Source of the DNA: an uncultured Chloroflexia bacterium
Lineage (GTDB): Bacteria > Chloroflexota > Limnocylindria > QHBO01
Assembly (NCBI GenBank): GCA_963825525.1
Contig: CAWGTN010000001.1
Coordinates: 225,787 to 289,786, forward strand
DNA length: 64,000 nt
Direction: 5' to 3'
Shown: piece after piece, positions 9,186 to 22,115 of the stretch
Layout of the letters: every line of letters starts with the position of its first letter
How positions within the stretch are numbered: the first letter of the stretch is position 1
Notes under the pieces: model-generated
Databases searched by the model: none
What the model was told of the DNA's origin: nothing
Seen by the model: only the letters and a program-made list of their open reading frames with translations
Made by a program: the position numbers and the translations under genes

Positions 9186-10706
9186 GTGTCTTTGCGCACG
9201 GACAGACCGTCCCCACCATTCCGTCGTCTGCTCATCGCGAACCGCGGCGAGATCGCCATCCGCGTCATTCGGGCCTGCCGGGAACTGGGGATCTCGCCGA
9301 TTGCCGTCCACTCGGACGCTGACGTGGACGCGCTGCACGTTCGACTGGCCGACGAGAGCCACCGGATCGGGCCGCCCCCGTCGGCCGACTCCTACCTCTC
9401 GATCGAAGCGATCCTGGCCGCCGCCCGGGACGCGGGTGCTGAGGCAATCCATCCCGGCTATGGGTTCCTTTCCGAGAACAGCGACTTCGCCCGGGCAGTG
9501 ACCGACGCCGGCCTCGTCTTCGTCGGTCCGCCCCCGGAGACGTTGGCGGCCCTGGGCAACAAGCTCGCGGCTCGTCGCGGCGCGGAGGCAGCGAGTGTCC
9601 CGATCGTCCCTGGTACGACCGTCGCCGTCGAGGACGGATCGGTGGACCTGGAGTCGGTGGGCTTCCCCTTGATGCTCAAGGCCGCGGCCGGCGGTGGCGG
9701 GCGAGGGATGCGTCGGGTGGATGCAGCGGCCGACGTCGAGGCAGCCCTGACCGCCGCCCGGCGCGAGGCCATTGCCGCGTTCGGCGACGGGACCGTCTAC
9801 GCCGAGCGACTGCTGGCGCCGGCACGACACGTGGAGGTTCAGCTGCTCGGTGACCGGCACGGCCGCCTCGCGGTCCTGGGAGAACGTGACTGCAGCATCC
9901 AGCGGCGACACCAGAAACTGGTCGAGGAGTCGCCATCGCCGGCTGTCGACGAGGTGACTCGCCAGGCATTGTTCGAGAGCGCCCGGCGTGTCGCCGCGAC
10001 CGTTGACTTCCACAGCGCCGCCACCGTGGAGTTCCTCGTCGACGCCGACCGCCAGCACTATTTCCTCGAGATGAACACGCGGCTGCAGGTGGAGCACGGC
10101 GTCACCGAGCTGGTGACGGGCTTCGATCTGGTGGCATGGCAGATCCGAATCGCGGCCGGCGAACCCATTCCCGACGACATGCTGGACGCGCCGCGGCGGG
10201 GCCACGCCATCGAAGTCAGGCTGTATGCCGAGGATCCCTACGACGACTTCCGACCCAGCACCGGCAGGGTGACCGCCTGGCGGATGGCGGACGGACCCGG
10301 GGTCAGGGTCGATGCCGGCGCCGAGGCCGATATGGACCTGCGGACCGAGTACGACCCGCTGCTGGCCAAGCTCCTGGTCCATGCCGAGGACCGCCAGTCC
10401 GCCATCGCACGACTGCGTCGAGCGCTTGACGAGACCCTGATCGGTGGCGTGCAGACCGATGCCGGATTCCTCCGCTGGCTGGCGGACCAGCCCGAGTTCA
10501 CCTCGGGCGACTACGACACCGGGTTCATCCCTGACCGCTGGACGGCGGGTCGACGCCTGGGATTGGAGGACGCAGCGCTGGCTGCCACGGCCGCCGTCCT
10601 GGCCCGTGCCGCGTCGCGACCCTCGGCGGCGCCAATCAGCACCGGACCCGCAGACACGGGCAATGCCTGGGGCCGTGTCGGTCGCGTCGAGGGCCGCCGA
10701 GGATGA
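9186..10706 (+). CDS. Biotin carboxylase subunit of acyl-CoA carboxylase
   Basis: LIANRGEIA, HPGYGFLSEN, GGGGRGMR, RDCSIQRRHQK, EMNTRLQVEH. Confidence 0.93.
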   Translation: MSLRTDRPSPPFRRLLIANRGEIAIRVIRACRELGISPIAVHSDADVDALHVRLADESHRIGPPPSADSYLSIEAILAAARDAGAEAIHPGYGFLSENSDFARAVTDAGLVFVGPPPETLAALGNKLAARRGAEAASVPIVPGTTVAVEDGSVDLESVGFPLMLKAAAGGGGRGMRRVDAAADVEAALTAARREAIAAFGDGTVYAERLLAPARHVEVQLLGDRHGRLAVLGERDCSIQRRHQKLVEESPSPAVDEVTRQALFESARRVAATVDFHSAATVEFLVDADRQHYFLEMNTRLQVEHGVTELVTGFDLVAWQIRIAAGEPIPDDMLDAPRRGHAIEVRLYAEDPYDDFRPSTGRVTAWRMADGPGVRVDAGAEADMDLRTEYDPLLAKLLVHAEDRQSAIARLRRALDETLIGGVQTDAGFLRWLADQPEFTSGDYDTGFIPDRWTAGRRLGLEDAALAATAAVLARAASRPSAAPISTGPADTGNAWGRVGRVEGRRG

Positions 10707-11170
10707 CGGAGCTGAAGGCGTGGATCGATGGCGAACTCGTCGAGACCGAAGCTGATGAGGTTCGCCTGGACCTGGATGACGAACGTCACGGTGCCGGGCG
10801 GCTCATCGCCGGCGGGTCCGTCATGGCGGTGATCGTCGAGGGCTCGGGCAGCGATTGGGTCGTGACCCTGCGCGGCCGGCGGATCCCGGTCACGGTGCGC
10901 TCCTGGAGGGAGGAGGTTCTGGCCGCCGCCGAGACCGCCGCATCGACCCACTCCGGGCCGATCGAGGTCAAGGCGACCCTGCCGGGAATGGTGGTGGCAG
11001 TCAGCGCGACGGTGGGCCACGACGTGAGCGAGGGTGACTCGCTCGTGACCATCGAGGCCATGAAGATGCAGAACGAGGTTCGCGCCCCGCGCGCTGGTCG
11101 GGTGATCGAAGTCTCGGTGGTACCCGGTCAGACGGTCGCCACCGGGGCGGCGCTGCTTCGGCTCGAGTGA
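10703..11170 (+). CDS. Biotin carboxyl carrier protein
   Basis: EAMKMQNE biotinylation motif. Confidence 0.92.
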   Translation: MTELKAWIDGELVETEADEVRLDLDDERHGAGRLIAGGSVMAVIVEGSGSDWVVTLRGRRIPVTVRSWREEVLAAAETAASTHSGPIEVKATLPGMVVAVSATVGHDVSEGDSLVTIEAMKMQNEVRAPRAGRVIEVSVVPGQTVATGAALLRLE

Positions 11171-11195
11171 TCGCGGCGCGTACAATCGGTGGCCG

Positions 11196-12790
<1,595 letters not shown>

Positions 12791-12794
<4 letters not shown>

Positions 12795-13240
12795 GCGACT
12801 CGGCGGCGGGGCCGGGGATCGGTCCGATTCATCACGTGGCCGTGGTCGTGCGTTCGATCGAGGCCTCGTTGGAGCGCTACCGCGGGCTGTTGGGTCTTGT
12901 TCCCGAGAGCGAACCCGTGATGTTCGCGCCCCAGGGCGTGCGTCTCTGCTTCCTTCGCAGCGGTCCGTCGCCCGCTGCCATGATCGAGCTCATCGAGCCC
13001 GTCGATCCCGATGGCGGCGTAGCTCGCTTCCTCGAGGCGCGCGGGGAGGGGCTTCATCATGTCTGCTTCAGCACGTCCGATCTGCCGGCCGAGCTCGAGA
13101 GGCTCGCCCTGCACGAGGCCGAGCTCATCGATCGCCACCCGCGGCCCGGTGCCCATGGATCGGTGGCGTTCATCCACCCCCGCACGCTCAACGGCGTGCT
13201 CTGGGAGCTCCTGGCTCAATCGGAGCAGGTGAAGCCGTAG
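12791..13240 (+). CDS. mce: Methylmalonyl-CoA epimerase
   Basis: VOC fold motifs [34 protein letters not shown]; adjacent to the mutase. Confidence 0.9.
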
Positions 13241-13830
13241 CGAGCGTTGGCCAACTGGTCGTGGCCGATGTCATTCACCTCGCGGGCGATCTCGAGATCA
13301 ACGGATGCGTCGCCGTCGCGCAGCACGGCGGCGCCGTTCGTCAGGGTGATGATCTGTGAACCGAGCAACTCATCCAGCGAGCGACCCGGGTCCCAGGCGG
13401 GCAGGTCGGTGAGGACGGCATCGGCATCGGCGACGGCGTCCACCACCTCCCGCCACGCTTCGTTCCGCTCGGCGGCTGAGGTGGCCGCAACGCCTCGCTC
13501 CAGCGCCTGGGTGCCCTGCTCCAGGGAGGAGAAACCGGCGCACACCGCCTCGCGATAGCCCGCGGGCGCCGGATTGCGCCCCGGGTCGTCGCGCAGGTAG
13601 CCGATGGCGATGACCACGCCCACCAGCAGCACCAGCGCGAGCGTGACACCCAGCCCGCAGCCCGCGAATCGGAACACCCCCACGCCCCGATGTGGCTCGG
13701 GCTCTCGTCCGCGTTCCGATGGCGGCTTCGGGGCATATCGGCTCCCGTCCCGCTCATCGGGATGCAGCGGCTCCCGGACGGGGCCCTTGGGTCCCTGTCC
13801 GCCCGCCCCGGCCGGGAACAGGCTTGTCAC
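13216..13830 (-). CDS. Hypothetical single-pass membrane protein
   Basis: One TM helix followed by a helical domain with two Cys; immediately downstream of sucD. Confidence 0.65.
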   Translation of the reverse strand: MTSLFPAGAGGQGPKGPVREPLHPDERDGSRYAPKPPSERGREPEPHRGVGVFRFAGCGLGVTLALVLLVGVVIAIGYLRDDPGRNPAPAGYREAVCAGFSSLEQGTQALERGVAATSAAERNEAWREVVDAVADADAVLTDLPAWDPGRSLDELLGSQIITLTNGAAVLRDGDASVDLEIAREVNDIGHDQLANARYGFTCSD

Positions 13831-13839
13831 GCCGGATCG

Positions 13840-14721
13840 CTACCGGACGCCGGCGTCGCGCAGGAGCTGCGGGATGTGGCTGGGCGAGTCGGCGACCCGG
13901 ATGCCGGCCGCCTCGAGGGCCTGGCGCTTCGATTCCGCCGTGCCTCCACCACCGGTCGAGATGATCGCCCCGGCGTGGCCCATCCGGCGGCCGGGTGGGG
14001 CCGTCCGACCCGCGATGAACGCGGCCATCGGCTTGCGGACCTCCCGCGCGCAGAAGGCCGCGGCCTTCTCCTCCTCCTCGCCGCCGATCTCGCCGATCAT
14101 CACGATCGCTTCGGTCTCGTCGTCCTGGTTGAACAGGTCGAGGATGTCGATGAAGTTCGTCCCGATGATCGGGTCGCCGCCGATGCCGACGCAGGTCGTC
14201 TGACCCAGTCCCGCATCGGTCATGGCCTGCACCACCTCGTAGGTCAGCGTTCCCGATCGCGAGACGAGGCCAACCGGCCCGCGGGCGTGGATGTCGCCCG
14301 GGATGATCCCGACCTTGGCCTCTCCGACGGTCGTCAGGCCGGGGCAGTTCGGCCCGATGAGCCGCACGCCCTTCTGCTTGAGCACGTGGTAGACGCGCAG
14401 CATGTCGAGCGCGGGGACGCCCTCGGTGATGCAGATGACGAGCGGCACGTTGGCGTCGGCCGCCTCGAGCATGGCGTCCGGGGCGAAGGCGGCGGGAACG
14501 AAGATGCACGTCGCATTGGCGCCCGTCTGCTCAACGGCCTCGGCCACGGTGTCGTACACCGGCACGCGCCCGTCGAGCGCCTTCTGGCCACCCTTGCCCG
14601 GGGTCACGCCTGCCACGATGTTCGTGCCGTACTCGAGCATGGCCGTCGAGTGGAATTCGCCCTCGCGCCCCGTGATGCCCTGCACCAGGAGTCGCGTCTC
14701 GGCGTTGACGAGAATGCTCAT
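13840..14721 (-). CDS. sucD: Succinyl-CoA synthetase alpha subunit
   Basis: [28 protein letters not shown]. Confidence 0.97.
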   Translation of the reverse strand: MSILVNAETRLLVQGITGREGEFHSTAMLEYGTNIVAGVTPGKGGQKALDGRVPVYDTVAEAVEQTGANATCIFVPAAFAPDAMLEAADANVPLVICITEGVPALDMLRVYHVLKQKGVRLIGPNCPGLTTVGEAKVGIIPGDIHARGPVGLVSRSGTLTYEVVQAMTDAGLGQTTCVGIGGDPIIGTNFIDILDLFNQDDETEAIVMIGEIGGEEEEKAAAFCAREVRKPMAAFIAGRTAPPGRRMGHAGAIISTGGGGTAESKRQALEAAGIRVADSPSHIPQLLRDAGVR

Positions 14722-15857
14722 GCCGCACCTCGCACGGCCGCGACGGCTTTCGCGGCGGCATCGTCCAGCGAGTCGGCGGTGATGAGATTCGCCTCGGCCA
14801 GGATCGGCTTTGCCTCCTCGGAGTTGGTGCCGACGATCCGGACGACCATGGGCACGTCGCGGGTCAGCGCCGCCCGCGCCTCGACGATGCCGCGGGCCAC
14901 CTCGTCGCCGCGGGTGATGCCGCCGAAGATGTTGATGAGGATCGCCTTCACGTTCGGATCGTCGAGGATGATCCTGAATGCCGCCGTGACCTTGTCCTGC
15001 TTCGCGCCACCGCCGATGTCGAGGAAGTTCGCCGGCTCGCCACCGGCGAGCTTCACGAGGTCCATCGTGGTCATGGCCAGCCCTGCACCGTTGACCATGC
15101 AGCCGATGCTGCCGTCGAGCTTGATGAAGCTGATGCCGGCCTCGCGCGCGGCGATCTCGGAGGGTTCCTCCTCGTTCAGGTCACGCATCTCCTCGAGGTC
15201 GGGATGGCGCGGGAGCGCCGAGTCATCCAGCACGATCTTGGCGTCGAGGGCCTGCAGCTGGCCGTCATCGGTGACGACGAGCGGGTTGATCTCGGCGAGG
15301 TCCGCATCGGACGCGATGAAGGCGGCATACAGGCCGCGCATCACCTTCGCGAAGTCCTTGCGCAGCTCGGCCGGAATGCCCAGGAAGAAGCCGATGCGAC
15401 GCGTCTCGTGCTCCTGCAGCCCGATGAGCGGATGGAGCGGCAGGCGGAGGATGGCCTCGGGATTCGTCTTGGCCGTCTCCTCGATCTCGACTCCGCCCTC
15501 GGCCGATGCGATGACGGTGATCGCCTTCGTCGCCCGATCGAGGATCAGGCCGAGGTAATACTCGTGCGCGATGTCCGCGGCCGGTGCCACGAGCACGGTC
15601 TTCACCGTGGTGCCCTTGATGTCGAGGCCGATGATCTCGCCCGCCCGTTCGGCTGCCTCGTCCGGGGTTGCCGCCAGCTTCACGCCGCCGGCCTTGCCGC
15701 GGCCTCCCACCAGCACCTGCGCCTTGACGACGACCGGTCCGCCGATCTGCCTCGCGGCGTCGCGCGCCTCGTCGGGGCTCGTCGCGGTGATGCCCGCCAG
15801 CAGTGGGACCCCGTGGCGGGCGAGGATCTCCTTCGACCGATACTCCTGGAGCTTCAA
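14718..15857 (-). CDS. sucC: Succinyl-CoA synthetase beta subunit
   Basis: [42 protein letters not shown]. Confidence 0.97.
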   Translation of the reverse strand: MKLQEYRSKEILARHGVPLLAGITATSPDEARDAARQIGGPVVVKAQVLVGGRGKAGGVKLAATPDEAAERAGEIIGLDIKGTTVKTVLVAPAADIAHEYYLGLILDRATKAITVIASAEGGVEIEETAKTNPEAILRLPLHPLIGLQEHETRRIGFFLGIPAELRKDFAKVMRGLYAAFIASDADLAEINPLVVTDDGQLQALDAKIVLDDSALPRHPDLEEMRDLNEEEPSEIAAREAGISFIKLDGSIGCMVNGAGLAMTTMDLVKLAGGEPANFLDIGGGAKQDKVTAAFRIILDDPNVKAILINIFGGITRGDEVARGIVEARAALTRDVPMVVRIVGTNSEEAKPILAEANLITADSLDDAAAKAVAAVRGAA

Positions 15858-15962
15858 ACGTCTCTCCTGATGCGGATCGATGACCGGGGCGCTCGGACCG
15901 GGGCCCTTGCGGGCGACCCGATTCTACCGGGGTTGATGGACGCGACGGTTAGGCTTGGGCAG

Positions 15963-17612
15963 ATGGAAGCTCCCGAGAGCTCGGTCAAGCGTCTGCGCAC
16001 CGCCCTGCGCCAGGTGGCCGCGAACCGCCAGCTGCGGAAGGTCGAGGCGGGCTGGTTGATCGGCGTCGCCGCAGAGTGGGCCTACCTGGTGAGTCTCCTG
16101 GTCTACGCCTATGACGTGGGAGGCGTTCTCGCCGTCGGCCTGGTGAGCACCCTGCGGATGTTGCCGGCCGCGATCCTCGCCCCTCTCATGACGTCGTTCA
16201 CCGACCGGCTTCCGCGTGGACGGGTGCTGGTCGCCGTGCATGCCGGTCGCGGGGTCGCGGTGGCGTTGGCGGCGCTCGCCGTCGCTGCCGATCTGTCCGT
16301 GTTCGTCATCGCCGCCGCCGCCGTGGCGGAGGGCACGGTGGCGACCCTCCATCGACCCACCACGATGTCCCTGCTGCCGGCACTCGCGCGGTCGCCGGAG
16401 GAGCTGATCGCCAGCAACGCGGTGACGAGCACGGGAGAGGCGATCGGGCTGCTCATGGGTCCGGCGCTCGGCGGCGTGCTGCTGACGATCGGCGGCCCGT
16501 CGCTGGGCCTGGCGGCGCCGGCCCTGGCGTTCGCGGCGGCATCCGTCACGGTGATCACCGTTCACGCTCGATCCGCCGCGCCGATCGAGACGGCGCGCGC
16601 CTCGCGCTCGTCGCGGGTCCTGGCCGGATTCGTCGCCCTGCGCTCCTACCCGTCGGCCGGATCGCTTGTCGCCATCTTCATCAGCCAGACGTTCGTGCGC
16701 GGCATCCTGACCGTGCTGCTGGTGGCAGCGTCGGTCGAGCTGCTCGGGCTGGGACGCTCGGGGGTCGGATACCTCAGCTCGGCAATCGGGGCCGGCGGGT
16801 TCATCGGTGCCATGGTCGCCTTCGGCCTGGTCATGCGTCGGGATCTCGCGCTTCCCTTCAGCCTGAGCCTGGCGCTGTGGGGACTGCCGATCGCGTTCAT
16901 CGGCCTGGTACCGGAGTCGATCCTGGCCTTCGCGTTCCTGGGCATCCTGGGCATGGCGAATGCGGTTCTCGATGTATCCGGCTTCACGCTGCTCCAGCGC
17001 TCGGTTCCCAACCACCTCCGGGGGCGCGTGTTCGGCGCGTTGGAGGCACTGGTTGCGCTGAGCGTGGCCGCCGGCTCGTTGATCGCGCCGGTCGTGGTGT
17101 CGCTGGTCGAGCTCCAGCCGGCGATGGTGGGCACCGGACTCCTGCTTCCCTTGCTGGCGCTGGTCACGAACCGGGTGGTGCGGAAGGCCGATGCGGCAGC
17201 CGTGGTCCCGCATCGCGAGCTTGCGGTGCTGCGGAGCGTCCCGATGTTCTCCTCCCTGCCGCTCACGGCGATCGAGGGGCTGGCCGGTGGAATGGTCGCT
17301 GTGCACGTTGCCGCCGGCGTGCCGATCGTCCGCGAGGGCGAGACGGGCGACGATTATTTCGTGATCAGGACCGGCAGCGCCGAGGTGCTGCAGGGGGCAC
17401 GTCGCATCTCCGTCATGCGCGAGGGAGACGGGTTCGGCGAGATCGCGCTGCTGCGAGACGTGCCGCGCACGGCGACCGTGGTCGCGCTCGAGGAGGTGGA
17501 CGCCTATCGTCTGCCGCGGGCCGTCTTTCTCGAGGCGGTGACCGGCAATGCGGCGAGCGCAGAGGTCGCGGATCGCGTGGTGCGCGAGCGGTTGGCGACG
17601 ACTGCGCGGTGA
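15963..17612 (+). CDS. MFS transporter fused to a C-terminal cyclic nucleotide-binding domain
   Basis: About 12 TM helices, then IVREGETGD..FGEIALLRDVPRTATV. Start placed 7 nt after TAGGCT. Confidence 0.88.
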   Translation: MEAPESSVKRLRTALRQVAANRQLRKVEAGWLIGVAAEWAYLVSLLVYAYDVGGVLAVGLVSTLRMLPAAILAPLMTSFTDRLPRGRVLVAVHAGRGVAVALAALAVAADLSVFVIAAAAVAEGTVATLHRPTTMSLLPALARSPEELIASNAVTSTGEAIGLLMGPALGGVLLTIGGPSLGLAAPALAFAAASVTVITVHARSAAPIETARASRSSRVLAGFVALRSYPSAGSLVAIFISQTFVRGILTVLLVAASVELLGLGRSGVGYLSSAIGAGGFIGAMVAFGLVMRRDLALPFSLSLALWGLPIAFIGLVPESILAFAFLGILGMANAVLDVSGFTLLQRSVPNHLRGRVFGALEALVALSVAAGSLIAPVVVSLVELQPAMVGTGLLLPLLALVTNRVVRKADAAAVVPHRELAVLRSVPMFSSLPLTAIEGLAGGMVAVHVAAGVPIVREGETGDDYFVIRTGSAEVLQGARRISVMREGDGFGEIALLRDVPRTATVVALEEVDAYRLPRAVFLEAVTGNAASAEVADRVVRERLATTAR

Positions 17613-17699
17613 ACCCGCACGGGCGGAGCGAGCGTCGAGGTTCTAGACTTCCGTCCGGAATGCCGGCGCTTTGACCGGCCACAGGCGAGGTGTGATCCG

Positions 17700-18713
17700 T
17701 TGAGCTATGCCGTGACCCTGATCCCCGGTGACGGGATCGGCCCAGAGCTGTCCCAGGCGACCCGGTCGGTCCTCGAGGCGACGGGGATCGAATTCGAATG
17801 GGACATCCAGGAGGCGGGCGAGGCCACCATCGCCAGCGAGGGGACGCCGCTCCCGAATCGTGTCATCGACTCGATCCGCGCCAATGGGGTGGCCATCAAG
17901 GGGCCGATCACCACGCCCGTCGGATCCGGCTTCAGGTCGGTCAATGTCGGGCTGCGCCAGGCGCTGGAGCTGTACGCCAACGTCCGGCCGGCGCGGACGA
18001 TGCAGGGCGTGGCGACGCGCTACGAGGATGTCGATCTCATCATCGTGCGCGAGAACACCGAGGACCTGTACGCCGGGATCGAGCACCGCGTCGGGCCCGA
18101 CGCTGCCGAGAGCATCAAGATCATCACGCGGGCGGCATCCCAGCGCATCGCGCGCTACGCGTTCGACTACGCGGTCAAGAACGGGCGCCGCAAGGTGACG
18201 GCGGTCCACAAGGCCAACATCATGAAGCTGTCGGACGGCCTCTTCCTCGAGAGCTGCCAGCAGGTGGCGGCCGAGTACGACGGACGGATCGCGTTCGAGG
18301 ACCGCATCGTCGACAACATGTGCATGCAGCTGGTCCAGAAGCCGGAGCTGTACGACGTGCTCGTGCTGCCGAACCTGTACGGCGACATCGTGAGTGACCT
18401 TGCCGCCGGCCTGGTCGGTGGCCTCGGGGTCGCCCCTGGCGCGAACATCGGCGAGAAAGCCGCCGTGTTCGAGCCCGTTCACGGGTCGGCGCCGAAGTAT
18501 GCCGGGCTGAACAAGGCGAACCCAACCGCCCTCATCCTGTCCGGCGCGCTCATGCTGCGCCACCTCGGCGAGATCGACGCGGCCGACGCGGTCGAGCGCG
18601 CAACGCGGGGGGTGATCGCGGCCGGTGAGACGGTCACCTACGACCTGGGCGGGTCGGCCGGGACGAGCGAGTTCGGCGAGGCCGTTGCCGCACAGGTGCG
18701 CGCCGCCGCCTGA
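17700..18713 (+). CDS. icd: Isocitrate dehydrogenase (isocitrate/isopropylmalate DH family), probably NADP-dependent
   Basis: [47 protein letters not shown] (K-Y NADP determinants), TYDL; TCA-gene context. Confidence 0.82.
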   Translation: MSYAVTLIPGDGIGPELSQATRSVLEATGIEFEWDIQEAGEATIASEGTPLPNRVIDSIRANGVAIKGPITTPVGSGFRSVNVGLRQALELYANVRPARTMQGVATRYEDVDLIIVRENTEDLYAGIEHRVGPDAAESIKIITRAASQRIARYAFDYAVKNGRRKVTAVHKANIMKLSDGLFLESCQQVAAEYDGRIAFEDRIVDNMCMQLVQKPELYDVLVLPNLYGDIVSDLAAGLVGGLGVAPGANIGEKAAVFEPVHGSAPKYAGLNKANPTALILSGALMLRHLGEIDAADAVERATRGVIAAGETVTYDLGGSAGTSEFGEAVAAQVRAAA

Positions 18714-18795
18714 GGGCCGGCACACGCGATAGAATCGGGAGGCCGCAAGTTCGCACCGCCCGGCGGGCCGGTGCCCGTGGAGAGGTGAATCGCGC

Positions 18796-19167
18796 TTGAT
18801 CAACCTGTTCGGCTATCGCGTCTCGTGGGCGCAGCTCGCGTGGTTCGGCCACCGCGCGAGCGGTCTCGGCGTGCTGCTGTTCCTCTTCCTGCACATCGTC
18901 GAAACCTCCACGGTGCTCCTCGGCCCGGAGGTCTACGACTTCACGCAGACCTTCTATCAGAACCTCCCGGCCAAGCTCGGGGAGGTGCTGCTGATGGCGG
19001 CGCTCATCTACCACTCGCTCAATGGCCTGCGCGTCATCGCCATGGACTTCTGGCCGTCGCTGACCGTGTACTACCGCCCGCTCACCTACGGGGTGATCGC
19101 GGCCACCGTGGTGAGCATGATTCCGCTCGGCCTGATCATGACTCGCGGGTATCTGCCGTGGGGATGA
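18796..19167 (+). CDS. sdhC: Succinate dehydrogenase cytochrome b556 subunit
   Basis: HRASG, FLHI, YHSLNGLR; three TMs. Confidence 0.92.
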   Translation: MINLFGYRVSWAQLAWFGHRASGLGVLLFLFLHIVETSTVLLGPEVYDFTQTFYQNLPAKLGEVLLMAALIYHSLNGLRVIAMDFWPSLTVYYRPLTYGVIAATVVSMIPLGLIMTRGYLPWG

Positions 19168-19171
19168 GCCG

Positions 19172-19621
19172 ATGACCACCTCCGTGCGGCGGCCCCGCGT
19201 CATCTACACCAACCCCAGCCGGGCCGCGCTGCCGAAGCCCGAGGCATCAGGGCGCGAGCGGTTCTGGTGGTACTTCATGCGGTTCTCGGGCCTGGCGCTC
19301 GTCATCCTGGCCCTCGGGCACATGTTCATCATGCATGTGCTGGTCGTTCTGACCGGTGACGAGATCAACTTCGCGTTTGTCCAGAGCCGATGGGGGAGTC
19401 CCTTCTGGCGGATCTACGACTTCGCGCTCCTTGTGCTCGCGTTCCTGCACGGGGTGAACGGGGCCAGGGTCGTCGTCCGCGACTACATCAAGCACGGAAT
19501 GGCGCGCAGCCTCGTCCTGGGCACCCTGCTCGTGATCAGCGGGATCTGGCTGATCCTCGGCATGGCGATCATCCTCTTGTTCGACCCGAGCGCCCAGTCC
19601 GTGGCCGGGCCGCTGTCGTGA
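19172..19621 (+). CDS. sdhD: Succinate dehydrogenase membrane anchor
   Basis: MRFSG, LGH, HGVNGAR..DY; three TMs. Confidence 0.9.
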   Translation: MTTSVRRPRVIYTNPSRAALPKPEASGRERFWWYFMRFSGLALVILALGHMFIMHVLVVLTGDEINFAFVQSRWGSPFWRIYDFALLVLAFLHGVNGARVVVRDYIKHGMARSLVLGTLLVISGIWLILGMAIILLFDPSAQSVAGPLS

Positions 19622-21405
19622 CCCTTGCCACGGGTCGGCCGGTGATCCCACCCACCCGCGTCCACGAGATGGACGCGGTCGTTGTCGGCGCGGGCGGCGC
19701 AGGCCTGTACGCCGCGCTCGAGCTCAAGCAGGAGCTCGGGCCGGAGGCCCGCATCGGCGTCATCAGCAAGCTGTATCCCTCCCGTTCGCACACCGGGGCG
19801 GCCCAGGGCGGCGTGTGTGCCGCGCTCGGCAACACCGAGGAGGACCACTGGGAGTGGCACTGGTTCGACACCGTCAAGGGCGGTGACTATCTCGTGGACC
19901 AGGATGCGGCCGAGGTCATGTGCCACGACGCCGTCGAGACGATCATCAACCTCGAGCATCTCGGACTGCCGTTCGACCGCACCGAGGATGGGCTCATCAA
20001 CCAGCGCCGCTTCGGTGGCCACACGCGGAACTACGGCGAGGGGCCCGTGCGGCGCAGCTGCTTCGCGGCCGATCGCACCGGGCACGCCATCCTCCAGACG
20101 CTGTTCCAGCAGTGCATCAAGCACGACGTCGCCTTCTTCGACGAGTACCAGGTCCTGGACCTGGCACTGCCGGACGGCCCGACGGGTCCGGTGAGCGGCG
20201 TCATCGCGCTCCAGACCTCGACCAGCGAGCTCCATGCCTTCCGCGCCCGGGCGGTGCTGTTCGCGACCGGCGGCTACGGGAAGGTGTTCAAGGTCACGAG
20301 CAACGCCCACACCCTGACCGGCGACGGCATGGCCATCCCGTACCGGCGCGGCCTGCCGCTCGAGGACATGGAGTTCTTCCAGTTCCACCCGACCGGCATG
20401 TACAAGCTCGGCTTCCTGCTGTCCGAGGCGATGCGAGGCGAGGGCGGCTTCCTCGTCAACGACGGCGGCGAGCGATTCATGGAGCGCTATGCGCCGACGA
20501 TGAAGGATCTCGCCTCCCGCGACGTCGTCAGTCGCAGCATCTACCTCGAGATCGCCGAGGGACGCGGGATCGGCGGCAAGGACTTCGTGCATCTCGACGT
20601 GCGCCACCTGGGCGCCGATGTCCTGAACAAGAAGCTTCCCGACATGAGTGGCTTCATCCGGACCTACTTTGGTCTCGAGCCCCTGACGGACCTCGTGCCG
20701 ATCCAGCCGACCGCCCACTACGCGATGGGCGGCGTGCCCACCGACATCGACGGCCGGGTCAGGGCCGACGAGGCCGGGCGCATCGTGCCGGGGTTCTACG
20801 CTGCCGGCGAGGTCGCCTGCGTGAGCGTGCATGGCGCGAATCGGCTCGGCACGAACTCCCTGCTCGACATCCTGGTCTTCGGTCGTCGTGCCGGGAAGAA
20901 GATGGCGGCCGAGCTCGCCAACCTCCCGGACCCCGTGCCCGATCACGCGGCGGAGGCGGCCGTCCAGTCCCGAATCTCGGAGCTGCTTGGTCGTGACGAC
21001 GGCGAGCGGCCCGCCGTCATTCGGGATGAGCTGCAGCAGGTGATGTTCGCGAAGTGCGGCGTCTATCGCACCGACCAGCTCCTGACCGAGTGCCGCGACG
21101 AGGTGGCTGCCCTGCGCGAGCGTTCGAGCAGGCTGGTGGTGGATGACAAGGGCCACCGATACAACACCGACCTCGGCGAGGCGCTCGAGCTCGGCTTCCT
21201 GCTCGACTGCGCCGAGGCGACGGTGGCATCGGCACTCGCGCGCCGAGAGTCACGCGGGGGCCACGCGCGGGAGGACTACCCCGACCGGGACGACGTCGAT
21301 TGGCTCAAGCACTCGTTCGCCATGCGACGGCCGGGCGGCGAGACCGAGCTCCGCTATCGGCCGGTGACGATCACGAAGTTCGAACCGAAGCCGCGGGTGT
21401 ATTGA
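19618..21405 (+). CDS. sdhA: Succinate dehydrogenase flavoprotein
   Basis: VVGAGGAG, RSHTGAAQGG, QFHPTG, HYAMGG, HGANRLGTNSL; GTG start overlaps the sdhD stop. Confidence 0.96.
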   Translation: MTLATGRPVIPPTRVHEMDAVVVGAGGAGLYAALELKQELGPEARIGVISKLYPSRSHTGAAQGGVCAALGNTEEDHWEWHWFDTVKGGDYLVDQDAAEVMCHDAVETIINLEHLGLPFDRTEDGLINQRRFGGHTRNYGEGPVRRSCFAADRTGHAILQTLFQQCIKHDVAFFDEYQVLDLALPDGPTGPVSGVIALQTSTSELHAFRARAVLFATGGYGKVFKVTSNAHTLTGDGMAIPYRRGLPLEDMEFFQFHPTGMYKLGFLLSEAMRGEGGFLVNDGGERFMERYAPTMKDLASRDVVSRSIYLEIAEGRGIGGKDFVHLDVRHLGADVLNKKLPDMSGFIRTYFGLEPLTDLVPIQPTAHYAMGGVPTDIDGRVRADEAGRIVPGFYAAGEVACVSVHGANRLGTNSLLDILVFGRRAGKKMAAELANLPDPVPDHAAEAAVQSRISELLGRDDGERPAVIRDELQQVMFAKCGVYRTDQLLTECRDEVAALRERSSRLVVDDKGHRYNTDLGEALELGFLLDCAEATVASALARRESRGGHAREDYPDRDDVDWLKHSFAMRRPGGETELRYRPVTITKFEPKPRVY

Positions 21406-22115
21406 TGCCGATGGACGTCCAGCTGCGCATTCGCCGCTACAACCCGGAGTCCGACGACGAGCCTCACTGGGAGGAGTACGCGGTGCAGGCCGAGCCCACG
21501 GATCGTGTGCTCGACCTCCTGCACCAGGTGAAGTGGTACCAGGATGGAACGCTGACCTTCCGGCGATCCTGTGCCCACGGCGTGTGCGGCTCGGACGCCA
21601 TGCTGATCAACGGCCAGAACCGGCTTGCCTGCGAGTACCTCGTCAAGGACGCCGGGACCGAGATCACGGTCGAGGCCATGCGCGGCATGACGATCATGAA
21701 GGACCTGCTCGTCGACATGGAGCCGTTCTGGGAGTCGTACAAGCAGGTCAAGCCCTACCTGGTGAACGACGAGATCCCGGCCGACGGCAAGGAGCGGCGC
21801 CAGTCCCAGGCGGATCGGGACCGATACGAGGACACGAGCCGCTGCATCCTGTGCGCGGCATGCACCACCAGCTGCCCCGTGTTCTGGGCCGACCAGGCGT
21901 ACGTCGGGCCCGCGGCGATCGTGAACGCGCATCGGTTCATCGTCGACTCGCGGGACGAGGCCAAGCAGGAGCGCCTCGAGATCATGGCCGACCCCGATGG
22001 TGTGTGGCGCTGCCGGACAACCTTCAACTGCGTCGAGGCCTGTCCGCGCGGCATCAAGATCACGAGGGCCATCCTCGAGGTCACGCAGGAGATCGGCAAG
22101 GCCGGGATCCGTTGA
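21405..22115 (+). CDS. sdhB: Succinate dehydrogenase iron-sulfur subunit
   Basis: SCAHGVCGSD..C, CILCAACTTSCP, CRTTFNCVEACP. Confidence 0.96.
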   Translation: MPMDVQLRIRRYNPESDDEPHWEEYAVQAEPTDRVLDLLHQVKWYQDGTLTFRRSCAHGVCGSDAMLINGQNRLACEYLVKDAGTEITVEAMRGMTIMKDLLVDMEPFWESYKQVKPYLVNDEIPADGKERRQSQADRDRYEDTSRCILCAACTTSCPVFWADQAYVGPAAIVNAHRFIVDSRDEAKQERLEIMADPDGVWRCRTTFNCVEACPRGIKITRAILEVTQEIGKAGIR

